Shown here one piece after another: positions 18,470-28,471 of a stretch of 64,000 bases of DNA (the first letter of the stretch is position 1; each line of letters opens with the position of its first letter). The translations under genes were made by a program, and so were the position numbers. Origin of the DNA: Pseudomonadota bacterium (GTDB lineage: Bacteria > Desulfobacterota > Desulfobacteria > Desulfobacterales > JBDRRP01); NCBI GenBank assembly GCA_043825735.1, contig JBDRRP010000064.1, positions 1 to 64,000 of the forward strand. The letters run 5' to 3'. The notes under the pieces are model-generated. The model worked only from the letters and a program-made list of their open reading frames with translations. It was not told the origin of the DNA and did no database searches.

Positions 18470-18976
18470 TTACTCCAGAGAAGCTACTGCCTGGGCATGC
18501 CGGTCGCGCTTCACCCGGGTCAGTTCATCGACTGCGGATCCAAACGACAGGCAATGGGTGGTGCATACCGTCACGCAGGCGGGCTTTAGCCCATCATCAA
18601 TCCGGTCCTTGCAGTAGTCGCACTTGACCGCCTTGCCGGTCTCCGGGTTCCACTGCGGCGCCCCCCAGGGACAAGCGGTGATGCAGGCCTTGCACCCCAC
18701 ACACATGCCGGCATCGATGAACACGATGCCGTCCTTGGTGCGTTTTTGCATGGCACCGGTCGGGCAGGCGGCCACACACCAGGGGTCTTCGCAATGGAAA
18801 CAGGGCATGAAAATATAGGCCGCTTTAGGTTTGCCGTTTATGAGCTTGGGCCCGACCTGCACGATCTGACTGATCTTGGGGCCCACCGGCAGATGCTTGT
18901 TGCTTTTACACTGCACCGTGCAGGTGTGGCAACCGATGCACTTCTTGGTATCCTGAAAGAGATAGTATTTGCTCAT
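18470..18976 (-). CDS. 4Fe-4S dicluster electron-transfer subunit (PhsB/PsrB/DmsB-like)
   Basis: CIGCHTC...C, CFHC..P.C..ACP, CVGCKAC..ACP and KCDYC...PACV..C. Confidence 0.92.
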   Translation of the reverse strand: MSKYYLFQDTKKCIGCHTCTVQCKSNKHLPVGPKISQIVQVGPKLINGKPKAAYIFMPCFHCEDPWCVAACPTGAMQKRTKDGIVFIDAGMCVGCKACITACPWGAPQWNPETGKAVKCDYCKDRIDDGLKPACVTVCTTHCLSFGSAVDELTRVKRDRHAQAVASLE

Positions 18977-19006
18977 GTCGATCTCCTGAAAATCTTAATA
19001 GGCCCC

Positions 19007-21091
19007 TTAGAGCGAATTGACCGTAACAAAGGTGTCGTGGAGTGCCGGGCTGCCGCCGACCATGTCGGTGATATTCTCCTGGAGCACGCTGTCGGAAACC
19101 CCGCGGTTGAAGCAGCGGGTGGCGAGCCGGGCCTCGTGGCCGAAACCGTGCACCATGAATACGGCCTCCGGGTGGATGAGCTCGGAGACGTAAGCCTTCA
19201 AGCGGCCGCTGCCGACTCCGGAGGTGATTTCAACAAGGTCCCCGTCTTTGATCCCCAGAGACGCGGCCGGTTTGGCATTCATCCACAGGCGGTTTTCCGA
19301 AAACAGCTCGTTCAGGTAGGGGTTGTTCTGGGTGGACACATGGGTGTGCATCACCACCCGCCCCACGGTGAGACGGAATGCACCTTTGGTGGGCGCGGGC
19401 ACCGGCGTGTAGGGCAGAAACGACGGCTGACCGGCGGATTCCAGCAGGGAGGAGACAAACTCGATCTTGCCCGAGGGTGTCTTCAGGGGCAGGCCGTCGG
19501 CCCGGTCGCAAAAAATGGGATCCTTGCAATAGGCCACAAACCCCTTGGCGTCGAAGTCTTCCAGGGTAAACCCGGTGCCTTCCAGCTGCCAGCGCACCAG
19601 ATCGTCCATGGTCTCGTAGGGGAAAAACTCGCCGTGCCCCAAGCGTTCGGCAATCTGCTTCATGATGACGGCGGCCTCCCGGGTGTCGTAGCGGGGCGAT
19701 ACCGCCTGCCGGCGCAAAAACATCTGGGGCTTCAGGCCGTTGGCCTGCTGGAGGCAGTCGGTGCGCTCAAAATAGGTGGATTCGGGCAGCACGACGTCGG
19801 CATACCAGGCCAGATCGCTGAAATTGACATCGATGGCCACGACCAGATCCAGTTTTTCCAAAGCTTCCTTGAACTGATTGGTGTTCGGAATCGATTTCAT
19901 CGGGTCGAACCGGTTGATGATCAGTGCCTTGATGGGATAGGGGTCCTCGTTGAGGATGGCTGGTGCCAGTATCTGGGCCACACCGTGGGCCGGATCGGGC
20001 AGCGGAAAATCCGGCGTGCCCACCTTGTCGAAGCGAATATCAGCAGGCTTGGGCAGCTTCTGGTCCACTAATTTGCGGGCCGCTTTGCCGCCGGCGACGC
20101 CGGGGCCTTTTTTGAAGAAGAATCCCCCCTTGTGCTCCACACTGCCCATGAGCGTGTTGAGGATCATGATGCCGCGGCGCAAGTAGACTTCGTAAGCGTG
20201 GTGCGCGCCGCGATAACCGAAATGGAAAATCACGGCAGGGGCGGCCTTGGCCACCTCCCGCACGAAATCGACGATTTCCGCCGCCGGCACCCCGGTCTCG
20301 CCTTCGGCCCACTCGGGCGTGTAGGGCTTGATGAAATCCTCCAGCGCGGCCAGGCCGTGAACCCAGCGGTTGACGTAGACGGCGTCATAGAGACGCTCCT
20401 TGAGCGCTACGTGCGTCATGGCATAAATGAGGGCCAAATCGGTGCCGGGCCGGATCATCCAATAGCGGTCGGCCTTGGTGGCGGTCACCGTCACCCGGGG
20501 GTCGATGTAGGTCATCTTGGCCCCCTTTTCCATGGCATCGGTCAGGCTGTTGACTTCCTTGACGGACACCGACTCGAAAATATTGCGGCCGAACAGCACG
20601 ATGTGCTTGGTGTTCTTGTAATCCATCCCCATCTCGGCGTCGGTGACACCGAAAAGGCTCCGGCACGCCGTGTTCACCGAACCTTTGCACAGGGCATCGT
20701 GGGAAAAATGGTTGGGAGAACCGATGGCCTTCATCAGCGTCTTGCTGACATGGGTGGCCAGGTTGGCCCGCTCGCCGAAGGCCACAGCGCGGCCGCCGTG
20801 GTCCTTGATTATGGCGCCGAGTTTCTCGGCCACAGTGTCCAGGGCCTCATCCCAGGACGCTTTGCGCCATTTTCCCTCGCCACGCGCGCCGTCGCGGATC
20901 ATCGGGTGTTGAAGGCGCTCGGCATCGTACTGCATTGAAATGCCGGCGGCACCCTTGGGACAAAGGCTCCCTTCCATTCCGGGCACGAGAGGGTTGCCCT
21001 CCACCCAGGTAACCTGCCCGTTCTTAACCGACACTTTGATGGGGCATCGGACCGAGCACATGAAACACAGGCTATAGACCGCTTTATCCAT
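19007..21091 (-). CDS. Molybdopterin oxidoreductase, PhsA/PsrA (thiosulfate/polysulfide reductase)-like, no Tat signal
   Basis: Starts MDKAVYSLCFMCSVRC...LCPKG (FS0 cluster) after a GGAGG RBS. Also SWDEAL, NHFSHDALC, IDPR, RPGTD, ADVVLPE.T..ER and HGFG. Confidence 0.88.
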   Translation of the reverse strand: MDKAVYSLCFMCSVRCPIKVSVKNGQVTWVEGNPLVPGMEGSLCPKGAAGISMQYDAERLQHPMIRDGARGEGKWRKASWDEALDTVAEKLGAIIKDHGGRAVAFGERANLATHVSKTLMKAIGSPNHFSHDALCKGSVNTACRSLFGVTDAEMGMDYKNTKHIVLFGRNIFESVSVKEVNSLTDAMEKGAKMTYIDPRVTVTATKADRYWMIRPGTDLALIYAMTHVALKERLYDAVYVNRWVHGLAALEDFIKPYTPEWAEGETGVPAAEIVDFVREVAKAAPAVIFHFGYRGAHHAYEVYLRRGIMILNTLMGSVEHKGGFFFKKGPGVAGGKAARKLVDQKLPKPADIRFDKVGTPDFPLPDPAHGVAQILAPAILNEDPYPIKALIINRFDPMKSIPNTNQFKEALEKLDLVVAIDVNFSDLAWYADVVLPESTYFERTDCLQQANGLKPQMFLRRQAVSPRYDTREAAVIMKQIAERLGHGEFFPYETMDDLVRWQLEGTGFTLEDFDAKGFVAYCKDPIFCDRADGLPLKTPSGKIEFVSSLLESAGQPSFLPYTPVPAPTKGAFRLTVGRVVMHTHVSTQNNPYLNELFSENRLWMNAKPAASLGIKDGDLVEITSGVGSGRLKAYVSELIHPEAVFMVHGFGHEARLATRCFNRGVSDSVLQENITDMVGGSPALHDTFVTVNSL

Positions 21092-21172
21092 TTGAACCTC
21101 CAGACTGAAATATGATTGCTCCGGAAAGCGCCAGGCTTCCCGCAGGGGGGAATCCGAAACTGCGTAGCACAA

Positions 21173-21188
21173 AGCAAATTCCATACCA
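21173..21188 (-). promoter_or_regulatory. sigma54 (-24/-12) promoter of the Mo-enzyme operon
   Basis: Minus strand TGGTATGGAATTTGCT (GG-N10-GC). Confidence 0.75.
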
Positions 21189-21367
21189 CAGCGGCCGGCT
21201 CCCCGGCAGGGGCCTGCACCGCCGTCGGGACGGCAGCAGTTGTATTTTCGGCGGGTTATGCCCACTGGCCTGAATTTCACCGCCCCCGTGGCCCCTGTCG
21301 GAACGACCGCAACCGCCTGTTTCGGGATAAAACTATTGCGGTGAACAATTTTTACTGCACCACAGTC

Positions 21368-21380
21368 CAACATACTGATA
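21368..21380 (-). promoter_or_regulatory. Candidate IHF site between divergent sigma54 promoters
   Basis: Minus strand TATCAGTATGTTG matches WATCARNNNNTTR. Confidence 0.45.
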
Positions 21381-21575
21381 ACACACTTTTTATTTTTATT
21401 GCCGGGCAACGCGACCTTCCGGCCTGCGACGCCTGGCCCCCTCGACGAAAGCATCGCGCGTCCCCGGTGCTCTCATAGAGCGATGACGCTGAAGTCGGCA
21501 CAACTTACCGTTATTATACATTAATTATAGCTATCCAGTGCCAATAACAGGCCAAGTACGTCACCCCCCCCGGCA

Positions 21576-21591
21576 TGGCATGTCTCTTGCT
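21576..21591 (+). promoter_or_regulatory. sigma54 promoter of the TauE operon
   Basis: TGGCATGTCTCTTGCT (GG-N10-GC). Confidence 0.85.
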
Positions 21592-21719
21592 GGGAATACA
21601 TCCAATCGAATCATCGTCTGTTTCATCATCCCTCCGAGGCCGGGGGGCAAGCCGTTAGTCTGGTGTTCAGGACGGAAGCGACCGTTCATAATCTTAATTT
21701 ATCTTTTCGGAGGAGGTTC

Positions 21720-22874
21720 ATGAGAAAACAATCGGTTACCATTCTTCTACTGTGCGCACTCGTTGCCGTTGCGGCCCTGACCCTGGTGGCGGCCGACGTC
21801 ACCGTGGCGCACGCCGACAAACTGGCCGAGGCCATCGCCAAGGCCCCCCAGGGCACCGCTAAAGGCCAGATCGACCCCAGCGGTGCGCCGGGTTACTTGG
21901 GTATCCCCGGCGGGCCGCAGCTCAACCCGCTCATCGGCTTCCTGTGGGCCATCTGGGTGGGCTGGATCTTTTCGACGGTCGGCGCGTTCGGGGGCATCAT
22001 GGCCGGCGTGGGGCATATGACCATCTACGGCCTGGGCGCCTACGCGAAAACCTTCAAGGATTCGGCCCCCATGCTGAACAAAACCATCACCGACAGCATC
22101 CGCGTTTCCAACCAGTGGCTCGTGGGGCTTTCGGCGTTGGTTTCCAGCATCAACTACGGGAAGCAGAAACGACTGGTCACCTCCCTGGGGTTCTTCCTGG
22201 GCATCGGCGCCCTGTTCGCCACCCTGTTCATCGTTTTCACGACCGCCGGCAAGATCAAGTTCTCCCAGTACCAGGGCTATTTCGGGCTGATCGTGTTCAT
22301 CATCGGCGGCTTCATGGTCTATGAGATGACCCCCAAGGGGCAGGCCTCCAAGAAGGCGGCCAAGGCTGCCGCCAAGGCCTTCGAGGAAGCAGCCAAGGCT
22401 AAGAAGGCCATCGAGGACATGGGCGTCAAAACTGTCAAATGGAGCCTGACCAAGACTGAAATCGCCTTCTTCGGCCAGACATTCAGTTTCAGCCCCATCT
22501 GGGCCTTCGCCGGCGGCTTCTTCATCTCGGCGCTGGCCTCCTTCCTGGGCATCGGCGGCGGCTTCCTGTACGTGCCATTCCTGACCAGTATCGTGGGGCT
22601 GCCCATGTTCGTGGTGGCTGGCACCTCCGCCCTCTCGGTGCTCATCGGCATGATCTTCGCCATCTTCAACTTCATGGTCCTCAAGGGGGTCCAGGTGCAC
22701 TGGGCCCTGATCGGAGTGGAACTGGTCGGGATCTTCATCGGCTCCATGATCGGTCCGCGGACCGGCAAATACATACCCGAAAAAGTGCTCAAGGGGATCT
22801 TCATCGTGTTGGCAGTGTACATCGGCGCGAAATACTCCCTGGCGGGATTCTTCGGCATCAAACTGCCCATCTGA
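21720..22874 (+). CDS. TauE/SafE (DUF81) sulfite-exporter family membrane protein
   Basis: GWIFSTVGAFGG, FLGIGGGFLYVP, VAGTSAL and GSMIGP. Start 21720 with GGAGG RBS. Confidence 0.88.
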   Translation: MRKQSVTILLLCALVAVAALTLVAADVTVAHADKLAEAIAKAPQGTAKGQIDPSGAPGYLGIPGGPQLNPLIGFLWAIWVGWIFSTVGAFGGIMAGVGHMTIYGLGAYAKTFKDSAPMLNKTITDSIRVSNQWLVGLSALVSSINYGKQKRLVTSLGFFLGIGALFATLFIVFTTAGKIKFSQYQGYFGLIVFIIGGFMVYEMTPKGQASKKAAKAAAKAFEEAAKAKKAIEDMGVKTVKWSLTKTEIAFFGQTFSFSPIWAFAGGFFISALASFLGIGGGFLYVPFLTSIVGLPMFVVAGTSALSVLIGMIFAIFNFMVLKGVQVHWALIGVELVGIFIGSMIGPRTGKYIPEKVLKGIFIVLAVYIGAKYSLAGFFGIKLPI

Positions 22875-22982
22875 TCGGGCCTTCCGGCCGCGCCGGCGCC
22901 TTCCAGTGCCGGTGCGGCCAAAACACCCCCGCCGGCGGGCAACCGCAGCGCCGGCGCCCTCAAAAAAGGCAAGCTGACAACA

Positions 22983-23573
22983 ATGGAAACCGTGTTTCAC
23001 CACCTATACGTCATCATGGACCAGTACCTGATCTTCTTCTTCAGGCTGTCCGATGTCCCCATCGTCGGCTTCCTGCTCGGATCGTTCTGCCTGGCCTTCT
23101 TCAGCGTCATCCCGGGCGAGCTGACGGTCTCCCTGGCGGTGAAGTTCAACAAGCGCTACACGGACGCCATGGCGGCTGAAATCAACGAAAAGGAACGGCT
23201 GTCCATGGCAGCCTACGGCGCCGGGGACAAAACCAGCTACAAGGCCCTGAACAAGGACGCCACGGACGCCTGGGGCAAGCACTTCTTCACCATGGCCGCC
23301 TACTCGGCCGGTATGCTCTGGCCGGTACCCTTCGCCCTGTCCTGGTTGCACGGCCGGTTCGCCGGAGTCGATTTCGCCCTGGCCTGGCCGCTCGACCGGC
23401 TGCTGACCCCGTCGGTGAGCTACGCGTTCGCATTTATCCCGATCTACATCCTGGCACGGATGGCCTTCGGGCGGCTCCGCCGGTATCTGCCCTACTTCAA
23501 AAATGTCCAGACGGCACTCGACGCGGCCGGCAACCACGCCGTCACCGGCCCTGCCGCCGTTTCCGGCATCTGA
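22983..23573 (+). CDS. Hypothetical membrane protein accompanying TauE
   Basis: 196 aa with hydrophobic segments; codon usage matches neighbours; in operon position. Confidence 0.75.
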   Translation: METVFHHLYVIMDQYLIFFFRLSDVPIVGFLLGSFCLAFFSVIPGELTVSLAVKFNKRYTDAMAAEINEKERLSMAAYGAGDKTSYKALNKDATDAWGKHFFTMAAYSAGMLWPVPFALSWLHGRFAGVDFALAWPLDRLLTPSVSYAFAFIPIYILARMAFGRLRRYLPYFKNVQTALDAAGNHAVTGPAAVSGI

Positions 23574-23691
23574 AGGCATCCCTTCCGGTTTGTCACAGTG
23601 GCCTCCGCGACCCGGACCGTCCTTTGCGACACCCGGTCGCCGGAACATCCGCTTGACACGCGCAAAGAAGGCTTTCATCATTGAGCCTATC

Positions 23692-24183
23692 ATGAGACCG
23701 CGCCCTTACCATATGGCCCTCGCCGCGCTGCTGGCGCTCCTGCTGGTGGCCCTCAGCGCTCAGCCGTCCCTGGCGACCCAGACCCACGGCGAACCCGAGG
23801 GGCTCGTGGTGCATCAGCTCGCCCACGTGTTTTTCTGCCTCTCCATGGGCATATTCGTGTTCTGGCTCCACCGCCATCGCCTCACCGGGGCCTCCGGCTG
23901 GCGGCTGATCCAGTACGCCGCCCTGCTGCTCATCCTTTGGAACCTCGATGCCATGGTCGCCCACTTTCTCGATGAACAGGTCCGCCTGCTCACGGTCACG
24001 CAGGTGGATACCTGGCACATCCGTATCGACGCCCTGCCCGGCTATGAATCGCTGGGCTCCTGGTACTACATGGCCAAGCTCGACCATCTGATCAGCGTCC
24101 CGGCCTTGTTGCTGCTCTATCTCGGGCTGCGGCGGCTGACCGCGGATATCCAGCGCCCCCCTGGCAAGCGGGAGCAGCCATGA
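23692..24183 (+). CDS. Hypothetical His-containing membrane protein coupled to the kinase
   Basis: Signal-like N-terminus, THGEPEGLVVHQLAH, WNLDA..AH and KLDHL. ATGA overlap with the kinase. Confidence 0.75.
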   Translation: MRPRPYHMALAALLALLLVALSAQPSLATQTHGEPEGLVVHQLAHVFFCLSMGIFVFWLHRHRLTGASGWRLIQYAALLLILWNLDAMVAHFLDEQVRLLTVTQVDTWHIRIDALPGYESLGSWYYMAKLDHLISVPALLLLYLGLRRLTADIQRPPGKREQP

Positions 24184-25682
24184 TCTTCTCCTCTGTGCCC
24201 ATCCTGGCAATAGACCTTGCCGGCTCAGTACTCATGATCGTGCTAAGCTTTCTGTGCCTGCACCTGGCTTTCTGGCTCAAGCGCCAGGAGCCGGACAACA
24301 TCATCTGGAGCTACCTTCAGTTTCTCTGCCTTGGACTGGCAGGGTTCGCCATCTCGCGGTCTGCCGGGCACATCCTGAGGCAGATCCTGGTACTCAGCGA
24401 CAACGGTGCCACCTGGAAGGTCATCAGCCCCTACAGCGGCGCCTTCAACTCGGTGATGTTCGCGCTCGTGGGGGCCGTCACCCTCTTTTTCGGCACCATC
24501 TGGCGCACTTACCGCCAGATCGCCTTGGACCGCGAAGCGCTGCGAACCGCGCACGGCGAGCTGGTGTTTCTCAATCAAAATCTGGAGCAGATGGTCGATA
24601 CGCGCACCGCGGCGCTGAGCCGCTCGGAGCGCCGCTACCGGCGCATCTTTGAAATCTCCCGGGACGTCATCCTCGTCACCGACGCCCTCGGCGATATCCT
24701 GGACCTGAACCCACTGGGAATGACCACCTTTGCCGGCATGAGCGAGAGGGAGACGCCCGCGGGGAAAAACTTTGGATCATTCTTTTGCAAGCCCAAGGAC
24801 TGGGACGCCGTTTTGCGCGACATCACCTCAGAGGGCTTTGTCATCAGCAAGGAGCTGCTGCTGCGCCGGCTGGACGGGCGCACCCTGCACGCCCTGATCA
24901 GCGGGAGCCTGGACCCTGCGACCGACGGCGAGCCGGCCACCATCCACTTTCTGGTCAAGGACATCGAGCAGCTGCGCCAGATGGAAAAGCAGATGGCCCA
25001 GGCCGACAAACTCGCCTCCATCGGAGAGCTCTCGGCGGGCATCGCCCATGAGATCAACAACCCGCTGGGGGTCATCCTGGGGTACACGCAGCTGCTGCTC
25101 CGCAAGGAGACCGGAGACGACGAGCGGCGGGAAGATCTTAAAATCATCGAAAAGCATGTGCGCAACTGCAAGACCATCGTGGAAGACCTGCTCAACTTTG
25201 CGCGCAGCTCACCGACGGTGCGCGAGCTCGCCGACATCAACGTGCTCGTCGAAGATGTCGTCACCTTCATCACCCATCACGCCAAAATGGGGAAAACGAC
25301 ACTGGCGGCCCACTACGACCGTCAGTTGCCCAGAATCCGGATCGATGATAAAAAAATCCGTCAGGTCGTCATCAACCTCGTCATGAACGCCCTGTATGCG
25401 GTGGGCGGATCGGGCAGCATACGGATCGATACCGAACTGGCGGCATCGGAAAACCGCGCGGTCATCAGCGTTTCCGACGACGGGCCCGGTATCGACCCGG
25501 TTCACCTGCCCCGTGTTTTCGACCCGTTTTACACCACAAAACCGACCGGCGAGGGCACGGGGCTGGGTCTGTCGGTGAGCTACGGCATCATCACCAACCA
25601 CGGCGGCGACATTCAGGTGGAGAGCGTCCCCGGCCAGGGGACGGTGTTTCGGGTATCGTTGCCCCTGGCGTCCGATTCCTGA
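24180..25682 (+). CDS. PAS sensor histidine kinase (NtrB-like)
   Basis: Three TMs, PAS, AHEINNPL, NLVMNA, DDGPG, FDPFYTTK and GTGLGL. Confidence 0.93.
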   Translation: MIFSSVPILAIDLAGSVLMIVLSFLCLHLAFWLKRQEPDNIIWSYLQFLCLGLAGFAISRSAGHILRQILVLSDNGATWKVISPYSGAFNSVMFALVGAVTLFFGTIWRTYRQIALDREALRTAHGELVFLNQNLEQMVDTRTAALSRSERRYRRIFEISRDVILVTDALGDILDLNPLGMTTFAGMSERETPAGKNFGSFFCKPKDWDAVLRDITSEGFVISKELLLRRLDGRTLHALISGSLDPATDGEPATIHFLVKDIEQLRQMEKQMAQADKLASIGELSAGIAHEINNPLGVILGYTQLLLRKETGDDERREDLKIIEKHVRNCKTIVEDLLNFARSSPTVRELADINVLVEDVVTFITHHAKMGKTTLAAHYDRQLPRIRIDDKKIRQVVINLVMNALYAVGGSGSIRIDTELAASENRAVISVSDDGPGIDPVHLPRVFDPFYTTKPTGEGTGLGLSVSYGIITNHGGDIQVESVPGQGTVFRVSLPLASDS

Positions 25683-25767
25683 CGGATGAAAGGCGCTCAG
25701 CGCCTCCCTGCGCCCTCGACGCACCGGGAGAGTGTTGCCGGGTCAACCGCCCGCAAAAGGAACGACC

Positions 25768-27177
25768 ATGACCAACCGGACCATCCTTGTGGTGGATGAC
25801 GAACAGGACATGCGCCAGCTGCTCAAACGCAGCCTGGAGCCCGATCTCCAATGCCGGGTGGATACGGCCCCGGGCGGAGAAACCGCCCTGCAGATGATCG
25901 CGCAGAACGGATACGATCTGGTGCTGGCCGACATTAAAATGCCGGGCATGGACGGCCTTGAGCTGCTCGACCATATCAAACACCTGCAGCCCGATCTCAC
26001 GGTCGTGATGATGACGGCCTACGGCCAGGTGGACACCGCCGTCGCCGCCATGAAAAGCGGCGCCTACGATTTCATCACCAAGCCTTTCGAACACGACACG
26101 CTCCTCATACGCCTGAAAAAGGCCCTGGAGCGCAGCGATCTGCTCCGGGAAAACCGGCGGCTTCAGGTCGCGTGCAATGGCAGCAGTGCCTTTGAAAGCA
26201 TGGCGGGCAAGAGCGCGAAGATGAAGCAGGTCTTCGAAACCGTCCACACCGTCGCCAAAACCGAGCTGACCGTCCTCATCACCGGGGAATCCGGTGTGGG
26301 AAAGGACCTCACGGCCCGGGCCATCCACGCCCTGAGCAACCGGTGCACCGGCCCCTTCGTGGCGGTCAACTGCCCCACCGTGCCCGAACACATCCTCGAG
26401 AGCGAACTGTTCGGTTACAAAAAAGGGGCGTTCACCCACGCCACTCAAAACAAGATCGGCCTGTTCCAGGAAGCCCACGGCGGAACGATTTTTCTCGACG
26501 AAATCGGGGACATCAGCCCCACGATTCAGACCAAGCTGCTGCGTGTGCTTCAGGACAAGGTGATCAAGCCGCTGGGCGACACCAAGGCCATTTCGGTGGA
26601 TGTGCGGATCATCGCCTCCACCAACCAGGATCTTCAGAAGAAAATCCGTGAGGGTGAATACCGGGAGGACTTTTTCTATCGTCTCAACGTACTGCCCATT
26701 CGGCTGCCCGCTCTCAGGGAACGGCCGGAAGACATCCCGGTGATCGTCAATCACCTGCTGAAAAAGCACTGCCAGGAGATGGACCGGGAGCTCAAGCGGT
26801 TGAGCCCGGCCCTCATGGAACGGTTTATGAAACACCGATGGGTTGGCAATGTTCGGGAGATGGAAAACCTCATCCTCCAGGGGATCATTTTTTCAACCGG
26901 TGATACCATCCACCCCGTCGACGTGGGTCTGGACGGCGAGCCGGCGGTGGATTGTGCCCCCGCAGCCTCCCACTGGCACAAGCTGCCGTACAAAACGGCC
27001 AAGGAGCAGGTCCTCCAGCAGTTTAACGAATCGTTTATCGCCGGTCTGCTCAGCGCGACCGGCGGCAACGTCACCCAGGCCGCCCGAGAGTGCGGAATAG
27101 AGCGCCAGGCCCTGCAGCAGATCATGCACCGGTACGGCATCACCGCCGATCCGTTCCGCAGCACAAAAAATGAATAG
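25768..27177 (+). CDS. sigma54-dependent response regulator (NtrC family)
   Basis: REC domain, GESGVGKD, ESELFG..KGAFTHA, FLDEIG, FYRLNV, GNVRE and a Fis-type HTH. Confidence 0.95.
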   Translation: MTNRTILVVDDEQDMRQLLKRSLEPDLQCRVDTAPGGETALQMIAQNGYDLVLADIKMPGMDGLELLDHIKHLQPDLTVVMMTAYGQVDTAVAAMKSGAYDFITKPFEHDTLLIRLKKALERSDLLRENRRLQVACNGSSAFESMAGKSAKMKQVFETVHTVAKTELTVLITGESGVGKDLTARAIHALSNRCTGPFVAVNCPTVPEHILESELFGYKKGAFTHATQNKIGLFQEAHGGTIFLDEIGDISPTIQTKLLRVLQDKVIKPLGDTKAISVDVRIIASTNQDLQKKIREGEYREDFFYRLNVLPIRLPALRERPEDIPVIVNHLLKKHCQEMDRELKRLSPALMERFMKHRWVGNVREMENLILQGIIFSTGDTIHPVDVGLDGEPAVDCAPAASHWHKLPYKTAKEQVLQQFNESFIAGLLSATGGNVTQAARECGIERQALQQIMHRYGITADPFRSTKNE

Positions 27178-27222
27178 GGCCGCGCCACCACGGAGAACAC
27201 GGGAAAACACAGCAGATACATG

Positions 27223-27463
27223 TTCTCGCGCAGAGACGCGGAGACGCAGGGAACACCAATTGTATTTCTCAAACCAAGGAGCATATTGAAATCAACAATG
27301 GATTATTTTACCCTCCCAATGAGTCGCCCCCTCAGGGAGGGGCAGCAATGAGCCGCAAAAGGACCCAGACCTGCCGCTCTCATGGCGGAAGGAGACCTAT
27401 CGGAGGGTGATTTAGCATTTACCATTACGCTTTTCTCTGCGCCTCAGCGTCTCTGCGCGAGAA
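27223..27463. mobile_element. MITE-like element with 31-bp inverted repeats (CGCAGAG family)
   Basis: 27223-27253 matches the reverse complement of 27433-27463 at 28/31 positions. The interior shares ATCAAyAATGGAT with the 4240 element. Confidence 0.65.
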
Positions 27464-27493
27464 AATTGAACACCGCATCAGGAGATAATTGTC

Positions 27494-28366
27494 ATGCCCA
27501 TGCGCAACACTTTACTTCTATTAGCAATTCTGCTGACCGTCAGCATCTCGCCGTTTGCCGTTGCCGCTGATCCTTCTGCCAAGGCGGTCGAAAACAACCC
27601 TGTCGCCGTCATCGCAACGAGCATGGGCGACATCACGGTGGAACTCTTCGCCGATGCGGCACCCAAGACCGTCGCCAATTTCGTGGGCCTGGCCGATGGC
27701 ACCAAGCCTTTCAAGGACCCGAACACCGGCGAGATGCTCCAGCGCCCTTACTACGACGGGCTGGTCTTTCACCGGGTCATCAAAAATTTCATGCTTCAGG
27801 GGGGTGATATCCTGGGCACCGGCACCGGCGGCCCCGGCTATGTGTTCGAAGACGAAATCGACGGCACCGGCCTGGGGCTCAACATCATCAGCGCCATGGA
27901 CCCCAAGACCGGCCCCCACCCCTGGCTGGGAATCCGCAGCCAGCAGGACTTCCAGCAGCAGATTCTCATCCCCCTTTTAAACCAGATGGGCATCCATAAT
28001 CAGGCCGAACTGGACGCCCGGCGGGAAGAAGTCGATCAGAAGCTGCGCATCCTGACCCTCATGGAAGCCTTCGAGAACATGGGCTACAAATACAACGCCA
28101 AGGGCTCGGCGCACAAACCGGTGCGCGGCGCGCTCGCCATGGCAAACGCCGGGCCCAACACCAACGGCTCACAGTTCTTCATCAACCTGATCGACACCGA
28201 TTGGCTCACCGGCAAGCACACGGTCTTCGGAAAGGTCATCGCCGGCATGGACGTGGTGGACGCCATCGGAAAAGTCCCCGTGGACGCCGGCAGCAAACCG
28301 CTGACCCCGGTTGTGATCAAAAGCATCCGCCTCAAAGATGAGCGCGACCAGAAGCCGGCGTCCTGA
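27494..28366 (+). CDS. Cyclophilin-type peptidyl-prolyl isomerase, exported, with internal insertion
   Basis: APKTVANF, YYDGLVFHRVI..FM.QGGD, AMANAGPNTNGSQFFI and WLTGKHTVFG, plus a signal peptide. Confidence 0.93.
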   Translation: MPMRNTLLLLAILLTVSISPFAVAADPSAKAVENNPVAVIATSMGDITVELFADAAPKTVANFVGLADGTKPFKDPNTGEMLQRPYYDGLVFHRVIKNFMLQGGDILGTGTGGPGYVFEDEIDGTGLGLNIISAMDPKTGPHPWLGIRSQQDFQQQILIPLLNQMGIHNQAELDARREEVDQKLRILTLMEAFENMGYKYNAKGSAHKPVRGALAMANAGPNTNGSQFFINLIDTDWLTGKHTVFGKVIAGMDVVDAIGKVPVDAGSKPLTPVVIKSIRLKDERDQKPAS

Positions 28367-28471
28367 GGCGACGGCAAGCATCAACCCGCAGAAATACAGC
28401 TCGTTTGCGGACTTGATGCGCGGCTTTATCGCTGATAGAGACCAAAAAGACTTTTTTGAGATAGGTTCTAA

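Noticed and set aside
21092..21454. Possible long leader or Tat signal on the Mo enzyme
   Set aside because: There is no RRxFLK motif, the region contains the sigma54 promoter, and a GGAGG RBS precedes ATG 21091.
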